In this document: one piece after another, positions 1 to 12,123 of the stretch | How the letters are laid out: each line of letters starts with the position of its first letter | How positions within the stretch are numbered: the first letter of the stretch is position 1 | Source of the DNA: Squalus acanthias | Lineage: Eukaryota | NCBI GenBank assembly: GCA_030390025.1 | Contig: CM059432.1 | Coordinates: 20,524,001 to 20,588,000, forward strand | Reading direction: 5' to 3' | Length of the DNA stretch: 64,000 nucleotides | Notes under the pieces: generated by a model | Told to the model about the DNA's origin: nothing | Seen by the model: the letters and a program-made list of their open reading frames with translations, nothing else | Databases searched by the model: none | Program-made: the position numbers and the translations under genes

Positions 1-116
1 CTCCAGTGCCTCTATATCTTTTTTATAATATGGCGACCAGAACTGCACGCAGTACTCTAAGTGTGGTCTAACCAAGGTTTGATACAGGTTTAGCATAACT
101 TCCCTACTTTTCAATT
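1..116 (-). mobile_element. CR1 LINE fragment (RT C-terminal region)
   Basis: Reverse strand reads [33 protein letters not shown], matching the [15 protein letters not shown] motif of other CR1 copies here. Confidence 0.9.
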
Positions 117-184
117 TGTTCAAGTCTCACCATGGAAAATGAGGAAATTGTTTTCAATAAATCTTGTTATTTCTGTGCTAGCAT

Positions 185-398
185 TAGAAAAATGAAAGTT
201 GATTAAAAATCCAACTGATTAAATAGTATCATTCAGGGAAGGGACCTGCCACCCCTACCTGGTCTGGCCTCCATTTGACTCCAGTCCCACACTATCTGGA
301 CATATGAGGACACTTAATGCCTGCAGGCCCAACTACAGATGGTCAATAAATAATGCCTTGCCAGTGTTGCCCACATCCTAATGACAAATAAAAAAAAA
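185..398 (+). mobile_element. Decayed SINE of the same family as 58766-59338
   Basis: AGGGAAGGGACCTGCC...CCTGGTCTGGCCT...GACTCCAG body and CAATAAAT...GCCTTGCCAGTGTTGCCCACATCC-polyA tail are shared with 58766-59338 and the ends of the LINE at 49997-53200. Confidence 0.7.
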
Positions 399-627
399 AC
401 AGATATTGGTGCAAAGACAGTCAAGAAACAGGAAAAGGTCCATCAAGCCTGCACCACAAAGTTGTGATGCTTTAAGCATCATTACTCACAACACCCCCAA
501 CCACCAGCAACCATGTAATCTCCTGGGAGAGGCTACAAAACTGAATTTAGAAGAAAAAAATCTGGAAACGTCCCCTCTGATCCCCTTGCCTATGAATCAG
601 AATGTTTTCATTGACTGTAAAGCATAT

Positions 628-915
628 TGGGGTGGAATGTGGCTCAGTGAGTAACACTCTCGCCTCTGAGTCAGAAGGTTGTGGGTTCAAGTCCCACTCC
701 AGTGACTTGAACACAAAATGTAGGCAGGCACTGTAGTGCTCCTTCTAAGGGAGTGCTGCACTGTTTGATAGGAGCCAGCTTTAGGATGAGACATTAAATG
801 AACACAAAATGTAGGCAGACACTGTAGTGCTCCTTCTAAGGGAGTGCTGCACTGTTTGATAGGAGCCAGCTTTAGGATGAGACATTAAATCAAGGCCTGT
901 CTTTCCCTTCAATTG
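628..915 (+). mobile_element. Deu-domain tRNA SINE (SacSINE1/AmnSINE1-like), 5' part, with a 91-bp internal tandem duplication
   Basis: A box TGGCTCAGTGAG, B box GTTCAAGTCC, GGGAGTGCTGCACTG...GGATGAGACATTAAA body; 708-798 is repeated at 799-889. Confidence 0.8.
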
Positions 916-2310
916 GCCAAATCAGCGCAGGAATGTCAAGTGCAAATTACGTCCAGCACAAATTGAGTTTCCGTGATCTTTTGCGCTAGTTTGAAAAACA
1001 TCGGCCCGGATTTTGTGGAGGTACTGATGGCAAAACTGTCAGCATTCGCCGTCATTACCCCTCTGAAACTGACCGTAACTTCAGGATTTAGCACATGCGC
1101 AGATAAACACGGACATCCTGAACTTGCAGTCAGTCATTCCCTGCTCCACCAAAGGCTGTGCTGTGGAACTCCCCATAGCCGGCAATCACTGAAATCAATT
1201 GAACTAACGAAAACTTCCCCTTTTCCGCTCTAATATCATTATTAAAAACCCCATAAAATGTTAAGCCATGTTCAGTGAGGTGTAACTGGGTTTTTAACGG
1301 CGTACTGAGTAATAACTAATGCTGAACAACAGTTCTGGCCCTGAAAAACTAATTTTATATTTGTGGAATGTCAAATTTCTCCATTATGATAAAAATTACT
1401 AAATTTTTAAAATAATAAAAAAAAATCTTTTTAAAATTTGTTTATGATATTTCAACTTCTACCTAACTCCATGTGTATGTCGCAATCTTTATTTCACTCT
1501 CTGTAAAAAAAAATTAAATTGCATGATATAAGCTGCATTTTATTTCCTGGTTTGCTGTCTGAGAATTCTTCAATGTGATTGGCTGCTCAAACAGCTTGAT
1601 GACATCACTGCTGCTGTACGCTGGAGATCCCCTTTTGACAGCGCTACAAGAAAACAAAAGTTTTCGCCACAGAGATCGCGAGATCTTTGTGGGCAGCTTT
1701 CTTCGAGGTCAGCGGTGATCGCCGTCGCTTCGCCGCTGACCGCAAATTCCGGACAATTATGTTGGAAGCCGGCCCCGCCCACAAAACTGGCAATGTCCCC
1801 AGATCGAATTAATCACTATGCTGAGTTTTCGCTAATTGCGGGCCTTCGAGGAGGCTCTGAAAGTTAAGCTTTTTTTTTAGGCGCTGGGACACCAATAGAC
1901 ACTTTTTAAAAGGTTTTAAATATTTAAAAATATTTAATTTACTCAGAAACTGAGTACTGCATACTAATGAAACAAGTAAATGGTTCTGTATAGTTTGTTA
2001 AAGTCATTTTAAATTTAGGTTATGCCCATGTGGTGGACGAGACACTTAAAATGCTTATTATTTGTGATAAACCCATTTTTAGCTGTATTAATAAAACTGC
2101 ACCAGGTTACCACTCTTTTCAATTACTATTTTTTAATGCAAATTGTTTTTTTAAATTACGTTCCAAAACATTGCTTGATTGCACTGGTTCACGAAGATTT
2201 TATGTTCGGCCATATGAGTGGAAACATAAGCAAAAAATTTAAGTAGGAAAACTAGCGCAATTTTGAGCGCAATTTGTGCCCGGATTGCTGATTGTGCCCA
2301 AAGTGGAAAC
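915..2310. mobile_element. Decayed non-autonomous DNA transposon (MITE), host of the 1003-1755 insertion
   Basis: Subterminal inverted repeats GCACAAATTG...TTGCGCTAGTTT (~956-992) and AAACTAGCGCAA...CAATTTGTGC (~2249-2279) around an AT-rich core. Confidence 0.6.
1003..1755. mobile_element. PIF/Harbinger-type MITE
   Basis: Imperfect TIRs GGCCCGGATTTTGTGG / CCGCAAATTCCGGACA; flanks ATC/ATT fit a degenerate 3-bp TSD. Confidence 0.65.
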
Positions 2311-2945
2311 TCTGATGATATAACTTCCCACCATTCAGGGCTCCCAAGCACTCCTTCCAGGTGAAACAGTGATTTACTTGTACTTCTTTCAAATTAGTAT
2401 ACTGTATTCGCTGCTCACGATGCTGTCTCCTCTACATTAGGAAGACCAAATGCAGATTAGGCGATCGCTTTGCGGAACACCTCCATTCAGTCCACAAGCG
2501 TGACCCTGAGCTTCCTGTCGCTTGCCATTTAAATTCTCTGCCCCACTTCCACTCTGATCTCTCTGTCCTCGGCTGCCTACACTGTTCCAATGAAGCTCAA
2601 CAGAAGCTCCAGGAACAGCACCTCATCTTTCGGTTCGGCACTCTACAGCTTTCTGGACTCAACATCGGGTTCAACCATTATGATTATAACCGCTGCTCCC
2701 ATTTTTTCGGACAGCAAGTGCTGGTAATGATTCTGCTGCTACCATTTACAGTTCCTCTAGACCCACCTTTTGTTTCTTAACTTGTCCCATTACCACCCCC
2801 TTTTGCCTTGCCCCATCATCCTTTTTGTCATTTAATCTCTCCTGCCTTCCACCCTATCACAGACCTTCCCTTTTGTTCTTTCCTCTCCTCAACCTTTCCC
2901 TGCCCCTGCACTTGCCTAAAACCTGTTACATCTGTCACATTTTCC

Positions 2946-2978
2946 ACTTCTGACGAAGGGTCATCGACCTGAAATGTT
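2946..2978 (+). ncRNA. Minimal hammerhead ribozyme, disrupted by the Harbinger insertion
   Basis: CTGACGA core, stem II GGGTC/GACCT, GAAA, TGTT (decayed AACGTT palindrome); the stem I 3' arm AACT now lies at 7110-7113. Confidence 0.7.
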
Positions 2979-3249
2979 GGCCACGATTTTCAGAGTGGAG
3001 GCGGGTTGGGGGCAGCTTTGATGTTCGGTGGGTTCCGGTCCCGCTGTCGGTTTCAGCCGCCCTGGAATTAAGATTTTTGCTTCAGTGGGCTGATTAAGCC
3101 CGTCGTGCGCGCTACCCGGCCCAATCATTGGGTTCGGGTCTGCTGCTCGCCTCTGCTGATGTCTCTCAGCCAGCTGCATTTAAGGGGCCCATGCCGCCTT
3201 GTTTTTGATCGATCCTTTCCTGCTGCTTCTCGGTGTGTCACTTCTGAAA

Positions 3250-5161
3250 ATGACTGCTGCAAGACCCAAGGCATCTCCCAGATTTGATGTTGACTCCCTC
3301 CATGCTCTTGTGGAGGGAGTGAGAGGGCGCCAAGAGGTACTGTTCCCCTCAAACGGACGGAGGAAGCCTCCTCAGCAAAGCAAGGTAGCCTGGCTGCAAA
3401 TTGCTGAGGAGGTGAGCGCCAGGTCTTTGTGTGGTCGCACCTGGGTTCAGTGCAGGAAAAGGTTCAATGACCTGCTACGCACAGCAAAAGTGAGTATAAC
3501 ATCACACTTACCTTCAATCTGCTCCCCATCTCCTCTCATCACCAGCACTCTGCATTGTCAACCTACTCCTGCACATCCCACTTTACCCTTACATCCCTTG
3601 CACCCTTAACCATCCCTCTCTCTCTCTATGCACAGAATCACTTCACTATTCTACTATGCACCCCTCACACTCACTCTCACTGTTATGCAATGACCACAAC
3701 TGACAATGCACAGGGAGGGCCCTTGGTATTGGCACCTCATTCCATCTTTGTCTCCCTCTAAGCATCTATGCTATGGATTCTCTACACTCACTCCTACATT
3801 CTCACTCAAACTCCACTTGTGTCCCTCATTGCAGGAAAAGAGAGCCCACAATAAGAGGAGAGGGGGAGGACAGGAGGAGGCCCACCTTCGATTGCCCACT
3901 TGACCACCGCTGAGGAGGCTGCTCTCGACATCGTCGGAGGTGCTGAGGATCTGGAAGTGGGCGACGGTCAGACAGGCGCAGTAGAGCAAGCTGGTGACAG
4001 AATAGATTTGCAGCCCTCTCATTTAGATTGCATGAGTGACTGATATGGCATCTGATGTTCATACAGATTGAGTTCTGATCATCTGCACAAGTCGATGTGC
4101 CTGCTATGTTACTATCACATGTCTAACTCATGCCTTTGCTCCCCCACAGGACCATCAAGAGCTCCCCTCCGCACTGTCCAGGAGGAAGAGCTGGAGGACT
4201 CCTCAGAGGAAGCTGCAACCTCTGAGGGCGCAGTGTCAGCAGAATTGAGCTGCACCCAGCACCAGCGCAGAGTCGCACACCTCGGTGGGTCATTCGCGAG
4301 ATAGATTAGTGTTGTCACCTAGTGTATCACAGCTCACAAGTCAGCAGCAGCAGATGGTGGAGAAGGGACAGCAGTGGAGAGTCCTCGTCGGAGGCCGCAG
4401 GGCGCTTTCAGCTCTGCTCAGCTGCATGTGACCCTGTGCCTCTGGGGCCATCCAGAAAGAGAGCGGTGCTGGAACTTCAGCAACAAGTGCAGTAGTCTCT
4501 GACAGGTTTTGCATCCACGGTAACTACAAGTGTGCAGAGAATGGAGGAGTCCATCTCAAACATAAGCAATGCCATGTTGGAGGCAATGGCGCATGAACGT
4601 GCCACCATGGAGAGGGTGGCAACCTCCTTGGAGGATATAAGTCGCCAGACTCAACAGAGCATGGTGACTCTTCTAAATAGATGGTCTGCTATGGAGGATA
4701 GATGGGCAGCTATTGAGGAGAGACACCAGAGGTACATGGACGTCCCCATTATGAGGACTGTCAGTACAGAGACAGGTCCTCATGGCCCCACTGATGTGCA
4801 GCAAGGTGCTCTCCAGCTACTTGCTAGCAGTGAAGTACGGGCGACCCATGAGAGGGATGTTGGTGGTCGACAACAAGGAAGTGTGGGCTCCTCTCCAAGT
4901 GCTCACACTCCCATGCCACTGCAGAGCCCTCGGTCAGAGCCCTAGATTCCTTACCCAACTGAGATGGCTGTCTCAGCCCTGCACAGCCGCAGCAGGAGCA
5001 GACTGTTGCCGAGCCCTCCCAGGCGCAAACCCAGAGGACACCTGCCAAAGGTGTCGAAGCAGGAACAACATGAAAGTGAACAAGGTGCCTCCACATCTGC
5101 TGAAGCCACAGGGGAAGCACCACGTAGAAGCACGCGTAAGAGAAAGTTAACACACAATTAG
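3250..5161 (+). pseudogene. Harbinger Myb/SANT-like DNA-binding protein gene, spliced (exons ~3250-3489, ~3835-3993, ~4151-5161), with frameshifts and stops
   Basis: PRFDVDSLHALVEGV...AWLQIAEEVS...RTWVQCRKRFNDL trihelix/Myb motif; donor GTGAGT at 3490; acceptor TTGCAG at 3834; EKRAHN...RTGGGPP motif in exon 2; acceptor CCACAG near 4150. Confidence 0.85.
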
Positions 5162-5424
5162 TCACAAAGGTAATCACTTGGGTGTTTTGATGTAATACAT
5201 ATTTAAATTTATGATCGGCATTTCAATTGTAGTAAAGAAATGCGATGGCAAACATTCAAAGAGTTGGCCTACGTGTGCCCAGAAATGGAAGTGTCACAGT
5301 GAGGTGTCAGGGTGCCTTTCATCTGTAATGATGGTGGTGAGAGTGATAGGAACCCACAGTTTATTGTACAGATTGTGTATGGTGTGTTAAGAAGGTGGCA
5401 GCCACATGTGTTTGCTTCATAAAC

Positions 5425-6568
5425 TTAAGCGAATCTGGCATGGATTAGTGCATCCCTTGCATCACGGCCAGCAATGTGCTCGCGTGCTGGTGGAACTGGC
5501 ACATCCGCCTCTGCAAGGTCTTCCTCCTCCTCCTCTGAGGAAGAGGCTGTGTGCTGAGCCACTTGTTCCTCAGGCAGCAGTAAGCCACGCTACTGTGCGA
5601 TGTTGTGCAGTACACAGCAGACCACGATGATTCTGGAGACCCTGGCTGGTGCATACTTTAGGGCTCCCCCTGATCTGTTGAGGCATCTGAATCGCATTTT
5701 GAGCAAGCCGATGGTTTGCTCGATGATGGCTCTGGTGGAAATGTGGCTGACATTGTAACGCTCCTCAGCTTCGCTTGATGGCCTCCTCAACGGCGTCATT
5801 AGCCACGTCTTCAGGGGATAGCCCTTGTCTCCAAGTAGCCATCCAGAAAGTTGGGTTGGCAGATTGAAGAGCTGAGGCACAGTAGACTGCCGCAGGATGA
5901 ACGAGTCATGGCAACTGCCAGGGAACTTGGCGCAAACATGCATAATGTTCTTCCTGTGGTTACACACCAGCTGGACGTTAAGGGAGTGGAAGCCCTTGCG
6001 GTTCACAAATACAGCTAGGTTGTGATGGGGTGCCCTAATGGCCACATGTGTGCAGTCTACGACGCCCTGCACCCTTGGCAAGCCTGCCATATTTGCAAAG
6101 CCAACCGCACGCACGGTTACACTTGCTTGATCCGTGGAGAAGTGATGTAATTGTGCGCATTTGCAAAGAGGGCATCGGTAACCTGCGTGATGCAAGTGTG
6201 TGCGGCCGACTGGGAGATGCCGCTGATGTCTGATGATGATCCCTGGAAGGACCCTGAATCCAAAAAATTGAGGGCGGTGGTGACTTTGGCAGCCACTGGT
6301 AAGGAGTGTCCACACGTTCCTCTGGGCTCCAGGTGTTGGTGCAGCATTGCGCAGATGTCAGCGACTACCTCTCGCGAAAGTCTCAGCCTCCTTTGGCACT
6401 GCTGCTCAGTCATGTTGAGGAAGCTCATCCTCTGCCTGTAAACCCTGTGTTGGGGGTATCTCCTGTGGCGCGGTGCAGCCCTGCGCTGACACACTCTGAG
6501 GAGGAGGTTAGCGCTCCTGTTGTTGCTGCTGCTGTTGTGCCTGGTGAGAGGGTATAAATGGTTCCCAT
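5425..6568 (-). pseudogene. Harbinger (HARBI1-like) DDE transposase with frameshifts and a premature stop at 5590
   Basis: [24 protein letters not shown] (D), [30 protein letters not shown] (D), [21 protein letters not shown] (E), CCVLHN; frame continues past the 5590 TAG to RDALIHARFA*. Confidence 0.92.
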
Positions 6569-7182
6569 TCCGCTGGTATCTATGACAGTTCAGGAATAGA
6601 TGTTATACGCGCTCACTCAATGTGGGGAGAGGTTTTTCCAAGGAGGTCACAGTGCATATGGATCTCAGCTTAACCACTTACAAGCTCAATGGACCTGCAA
6701 AAAGTGTTCCAACACCTCAAAAAACAACGTTCTGTCATCTGAAACTCAACCATGTTACAGGTTCGCTTTTATGCTGCAGGTGCAGCTGTCAAGAATTCGC
6801 GTAGTTGCTGAACCCGGCACAATCAGCTGGCGTGTTTTGCGAACGGCGTGCAACACGCTGAAAATGTCCTAAAATGGGAAGAGCCTGCTAAAAGCGGATA
6901 ATGTAGGCAGTTAACAAGCTGTTAACTGCCTTAAGTGCCTCTCCCGTCGCTTGGTGGCGAGTCTGAGCGGGACTCTCAGAGCTGACACTTGGCAAAGTTG
7001 CATGGAGGCGCGTTGTCGGCGGGTTCGGAACCCACCGTCAATCAAAATAATTTAACTTCTGACCCGCATCGAAACCCGCCCTCTGAGCGCCGGCAAAATC
7101 GCAGCCATTAACTCTGTTTCTCTCGCCACAGATGCTGCCTGATCTGTTGAGTACTTCCGGTATTTTCTGCTTATATTTCAAA

Positions 7183-7906
7183 GGGGGTGAAATTGAATCG
7201 CGCCCACTTTGGGACGCTAATTTAGCGCCCCGGAAAAATTAACACCCCCACGGCCGAAATTGAGTGGTAGCCCCCCAAGAGGGAAGCAGGGCGCTACTGG
7301 AAGCACCCCGCCTCCCTCTTGGGGCGCTGCAAGGGAATATTGCGGCGCTACGTGCTGCGGTATTGCAGGCCTTCCTCCCCTTCTTAAAGGGGAGGGGCCT
7401 TGCGCAGCGCGACCCGGGGCCCAGCTGGGCCACCAGGGATCAGAGTGCTGGCAAAAGAGCCCAGCACTCAAGAGAAGTGCCGGGCTCACGGAGCGCAGCC
7501 GGCACTCCGCGGGGGGCGGGTCAGGAGGCCGGGGACGGCAGCGGAGGCAGGTGCTGGCAGGCGGCCAGCAACAAATATGGCCGCCCGGCACCTCGCCTTT
7601 AAATAGCGCCGCCCCGGCTGCAGGTAGGCCCCCCCTGACCCAGTCGGACATAGCGTCCGGCGGTAAGTCAGGGGGCGCTACTGAAGATCGCGGCCGGGGC
7701 ACGAGCGGGGCGCTGCGCATGGCGATGATGTCATCACCAGCGGCGCAGCACCGCAGGGTGCTAATGGTTACCGCCGCCGCTAACCTCCCGCCGAATTTTG
7801 CGGGAGGCATTGGCTGTGCCGTGCCCGGGCGCTAGTTGCTTTGCGCCCCGTTAGCGCCCTAAGAGGGCGCTAACGGGAGGCACAAAGCAACCAAAATTTT
7901 CCCCCC
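7183..7906. mobile_element. GC/CpG-rich Harbinger-type MITE
   Basis: TIRs GGGGGTGAAATT / AATTTTCCCCCC; flanks AAA/AGA restore TTTCAGATTT of the Penelope tail (3-bp TSD); repeated GGGCGCTA motifs. Confidence 0.8.
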
Positions 7907-8210
7907 AGATTTCCAGCTTCAGCAGTATTTTGCCTTTTTACTTTTATGAAGTATATTGTCGAGGCTACAAAATGCGTGGACAAACACCATTAAAAGAAAA
8001 GATTATCACACCTTGTAATAAATGTATATTATTTCTGTCTGTCTCTAAAAGTTGTGGTATTTTATATTTATTTTTAGAATTTAATTTATTTTTTAAACTC
8101 TGACAAGATACACTAATTATAGTCAGACAACTGTAATTTTTCTTAATATATGTTGGATCAAATCTATTATTAAGTGAACAGCTAGTATTAGAAATTGTTA
8201 ATATTGAGAT

Positions 8211-8355
8211 GGGGACTTGGTAGTTGATGGGGGTTAGCAGACTCTCCAAGCACCTCTGGGACTCGAATCCACCCAGACTGATAGGCTGAAAGTCTCCTCT
8301 CCCTGTCAGTTTCAAGGGTTCAAAGTACAATAAGTCTCGTCAGCCCAATCCAAGT
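8211..8355 (+). mobile_element. LF-SINE-like ancient tRNA SINE fragment
   Basis: GGGGACTTGG...CACCTCTGGGAC-TCGAATCCACCCAGACTGAT...GAAAGTCTCC resembles the LF-SINE head as recalled; not searched. Confidence 0.5.
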
Positions 8356-9750
8356 ACATATTAGTCCACAGCACAAAAGTGTCCAAAATGCAGCACAAAT
8401 TGACATTAATGGAGTTAATTATCTCTGTGCTTTGCTGTACCTGTTAATGATGCCTTAGTGTGCAGTAACTTAGCGAGTTGGCATTAATGGAGTTTAGGCT
8501 ACATTTTACCCACTCTCCAAAGTTTGCTCCTGGGAATAAGCAGGTGCAATGAATCTTAAGGTATAGACTACAGCATGCTCCGGATTTTAGATATCTAGCA
8601 CCTCGCCAATTTCAATGGCATCCCTGAGAGATTCTGCAGCAGTGTTGGCTGTATTCATTGTCAAAGCTAATGCTGTTCCATGTTAATTCATTGCAGTTCG
8701 CAGATCTGAGGAACCTTGCTCTCCAATAGTGATCGGATGGTTAATAAATCCGTGCCTTAAGGCGAGACTCTTGTTCAGTTCGTGAAAGGTTTTCCTTTTC
8801 ATTTGTGTCCCCGTGTGAACAGAATCACAAAGCTGCTGGGTCCATAGCCACGAGGAACCTCAGAGCAATATTAGTCAACCCTTCTTCAGCCTGCACATCT
8901 TCAGCCATGATGTGTGACTCATACTGTTCTCTGTTGGAATTCAGCACTGCTCTCTGGAGTGCCTGTGTCTGAGCTGATGCACGCTGCACTGATTGTTGAG
9001 GTAAGATTTGCTGTGCTAAGATGCAGGGTTCTTCCTTTTCCTCCCCTTGAGCTTGGAGCTTTGCTGTCGCAATGGAAAATGGCACATTATGTGCACAAGT
9101 ACATTGTTAAGCATCTTACAGCAGCAAAGACAGTAACCTGTGTTTAGCAATAGCAGAAAAGCACTGCATTGAACCTGATTGAAGTGCCAGTCATTGGTAC
9201 AAAGAACATCTGCACATTATCATTTTACAAGCAGCGAGCATTGTCAACTCCACCAACATCAACCACCCCCAGGCAATGAACACTCTCCTGACCAAAAGGC
9301 TCCTGTGATGGCCGCCGTGTAAGATGTAAGGTTGCACCTCCAGTCTCCACGTGTGATGAAGATTGATTGTAGATTTCTACTGCAAAGAAAACAACAGTAT
9401 GAATTGCTAGGCTGTGGTGTAGTGGTACTTTTTAGAAGTGGGTATAATGTACATCATTTATGGGATTTTTTTCCGAGTGAGCGTCTCCAGAAAAAATATA
9501 ATTTTTTACATTTTTGGTGCATTTTCCCGATTTTTGGATTACAATAATGTGCATGCATGTGCAAAAACTGGTCAGGCAATCTGTGTGATAATAAACAGAT
9601 CATAACATACAGATGCATGATAATAAATGGACTTTGTAGTTTGAGGAGTTAAAAATGGTTCCTTGTAGATTCCGAAATGTTCTGACCTATCTGTTTGGAC
9701 CCAAATGTCAGTGTCTGAAAGCCAGTCTGTTAGAAGGATTTGGGGAAAAT

Positions 9751-10570
9751 GGTGTAGATTTTTCCAAATTAGCACTCGGGGGTGCTTTTCTCAATCGGGA
9801 GCTTTTGGAGGCGGGCTTAGCAGGCCAATTAAGGGAAAGCCGGTTGCAGAGAATGTCAACATATGACGTTTCATCTGTCAAAAATTTTTGACAGATAAAT
9901 TGTCATCGTTTGACAGCTCTGTGAAGCTGTCAAACACTGACATTCTGGGTAGTTTGATGAGGTCTTGAATTCAAGAGCTCATCAAACTTCTTTCTTTTGC
10001 AGAAATGAGATGGTTGTTGCATTGGAGAATGCAACGGCCACCTGTCATTCCCAACGCGGAGGTCCGAGACTCTCCGCATACACACCGACTGAAGCCTGCA
10101 GGAAGAATCAAAGGTAAGTACACTTTTACTAACACTTTGCACTTACCTCAGATACTCACCTCTCCACACTTGCACCCATCACTTACCTTCACACCACACT
10201 TTTGCACCCCCCCGACCCCCACAGACCCACTACTCGCCTCGCTGACTTGGCGGGTTACGGAGCCTTCGGGAAGCCCGCACTTGTGAGGGCAAAAAGGGGA
10301 TAATCCATTTTCTGCCTGTTAACTACCTGTTAACTGGCAGTTAAGTGGCTGTAATCCCTGTCCTGCCTCCAAGGAGACGGGACCCGGCGCGGGACGGCTC
10401 CCCGCCTCCTGGCAAGATGGCACGGAGGCGGGTTGGGCACCCGCCCCCAAATTCTGCCATTTTCCTGGCAGTCCTGTCTCCATACCCACCTCCCCAGGGC
10501 TGGCAAGATCGCGCCCTCAGTGCACATATCAGAAATCCAGTAAAATGCCACACCAAAAATAGGTCCAGCC
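9751..10570. mobile_element. Harbinger-derived non-autonomous element with a Myb exon remnant
   Basis: GC-rich ends, right terminus AAAAATAGGTCCAGCC, internal TTTTGCAG...TEACRK...GGTAAGT followed by a CA-rich intron like that at 3490-3834. Confidence 0.5.
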
Positions 10571-10819
10571 AAATGATCTCTGAATCTAGATTGATAGAAA
10601 CACGCAGAGACAATCTCACATCTTGCTGAAAGAGAAGCCTCTTCTGAGCTGATCCAATTTATAATATGCAGAAATATGGTTAGGTGCTTCCCTCCCATCT
10701 GCACAAGACTGGCCTCTCAAATGAAAGTACACAGTTAGATAAAGGAACATATATCATACTTATAGTAAGACTCAGTTCGGAGAAAATTTAAAAGAGAAAT
10801 GTAGTCTAGGTATGTAGAA

Positions 10820-11557
10820 AGGGTTGTCTTATGAGGAAAGGTTGAGCAGGTTGGGCCTATACCCATTGGAGTTTAGAAGAATGAGAGGTGATCTTCTTGA
10901 AACATATAAGATTCTGAGGGGGCTTGACAGGGTAGATGCTGAGAGGATGTTTCCCCTCGTGGGGGAATCTAGAACTAGGGGGCATAGTTTCAGGATAAGG
11001 GGTCGCCCCTTTAAGATGGAGATCAGGAGGAATTTCTTCCCTCAGAGGGTCGTGAATCTTTGGAATTCTCTACCCCAGAGAGCTGTGGAGTCTGAGTCAG
11101 TGAATATATTCAAGGCTGAGATCAACAGATATTTGAGCTACAGGGGAGTCAAGGGTTATGGGGAACAGGCAGGAAAGTAGAATTGAGGCCAAGATCAGAT
11201 CAGCCATAGAAACATAGAAACATAGAATCTAGGAGCAGGAGTAGGCCATTCGGCCCGTCGAGCCTGCTCCACCATTCAATACGATCATGGTTGATCATCT
11301 AAATCCAGTACCCTGTCCCTGCTTTAATCCCCACAGTACACATATCCCACCCTACCCCCGTAACCCCACGTATTTAATTCCCCCTAACATATCCCATCCT
11401 ATCCCCATAACCCCACATATTTAATCCCCCCCTAACACTAAGGGTCAATTTATCATAGCCAAATCAACCTAACCCGCCATGATCTGATTGAATGGTGGAA
11501 CAGACTTGAGGGGCCGAATGGCCTACTCCTGCTCCTATTTCTTATGTTCTTATGTTC
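10820..11557 (+). mobile_element. CR1 LINE 3' end
   Basis: SYEERLSRLGLYPLEFRRMRGDL...WNSLPQRAVE; 3' UTR ending in (TTATGTTC)n. Confidence 0.92.
11208..11476 (-). mobile_element. HE1-like SINE 3' part with CR1-type tail, inserted in the CR1 3' UTR
   Basis: CAATTTATCATAGCCAAATCAACCTAACC body, ~50-bp internal tandem repeat, (AGAAACAT)n tail, GCCAT duplicated on both sides. Confidence 0.65.
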
Positions 11558-12123
11558 TAATGTTAGTCTACTGAATTGCCCATCATCTAGTTATGCATTA
11601 TAAAAACTTTATTTATGTGCCCAACACTCCCTATCTGTCACACTTCAGATGTTTATTGCAAATTTCTGTCACATTTGAAAAGAATTATAAACAAAAGCAG
11701 TCATTTAGATTATACAAACTCTCCAGCAACACAAAGTACCAAATTCACAATATCAACAGATTATTAATGACCTGAATTTAACAGCAAGGCAAAAACCAAC
11801 ACTTTAGCAGAAGACTACATTGACACATTTTGTTTTACATAGTATAGCATTGTTATTCTTGTAAAATAGTTTTTCTTCTGACTTCTATTAGTGCCACAGA
11901 AGGTTCTCCAGTTACATATATTTTTATCTGCAATTCTCTGATGCCACGGCTCACAAACGTCAGAGGATATACAGAAATATGTTATAAGTATGAGAGAAAG
12001 AGAGCAAATGTGGGAAAAGGAGAGAATTAGAAAGGTTATAGCAACAACTCAGGTCACTGGAAGATAATTCATTTCCACAAAATAGTGTACATGTGGAATA
12101 TATTACCAGAAAAAAAATATAAT

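Larger units (their letters stand above)
2979..7106. mobile_element. PIF/Harbinger DNA transposon, full-length but decayed
   Basis: TIRs GGCCACGATTTT / AAAATCGCAGCC; 3-bp TSD GTT/ATT (mismatch explicable by CpG decay); convergent Myb/SANT and DDE transposase genes. Confidence 0.92.
2325..7945 (+). mobile_element. Penelope-like element 3' part (GIY-YIG endonuclease remnant plus pLTR), split into 2325-2978, 7107-7182 and 7907-7945 by two insertions
   Basis: Reads FTCTSFKLVYCIRCSRCCLLYIRKTKCRLGDRFAEHL...PVACHLN...QHLIFRFGTLQLSGLN (GIY-YIG type); tail CTGACGAAGGGTC...GAAATGTT|AACTCTGTTTCTCTC...AGATGCTGCCTG...TTTC|AGATTTCCAGC rejoins across both insertions. Confidence 0.85.

Noticed and set aside
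3250..6568. Domesticated HARBI1/NAIF1-like host genes
   Set aside because: Both genes have frameshifts or stops and lie between TIRs with a TSD
7217..7835. ORFs of ~190 aa on both strands
   Set aside because: Explained by the scarcity of stop codons in a GC-rich MITE
8500..9330. Host exon or old Harbinger transposase (GWLINP and IVEVRFAVLRCR on plus; 86-aa ORF on minus)
   Set aside because: Motif spacing does not fit a transposase, stops occur in the frames examined and the strand is ambiguous; left unassigned
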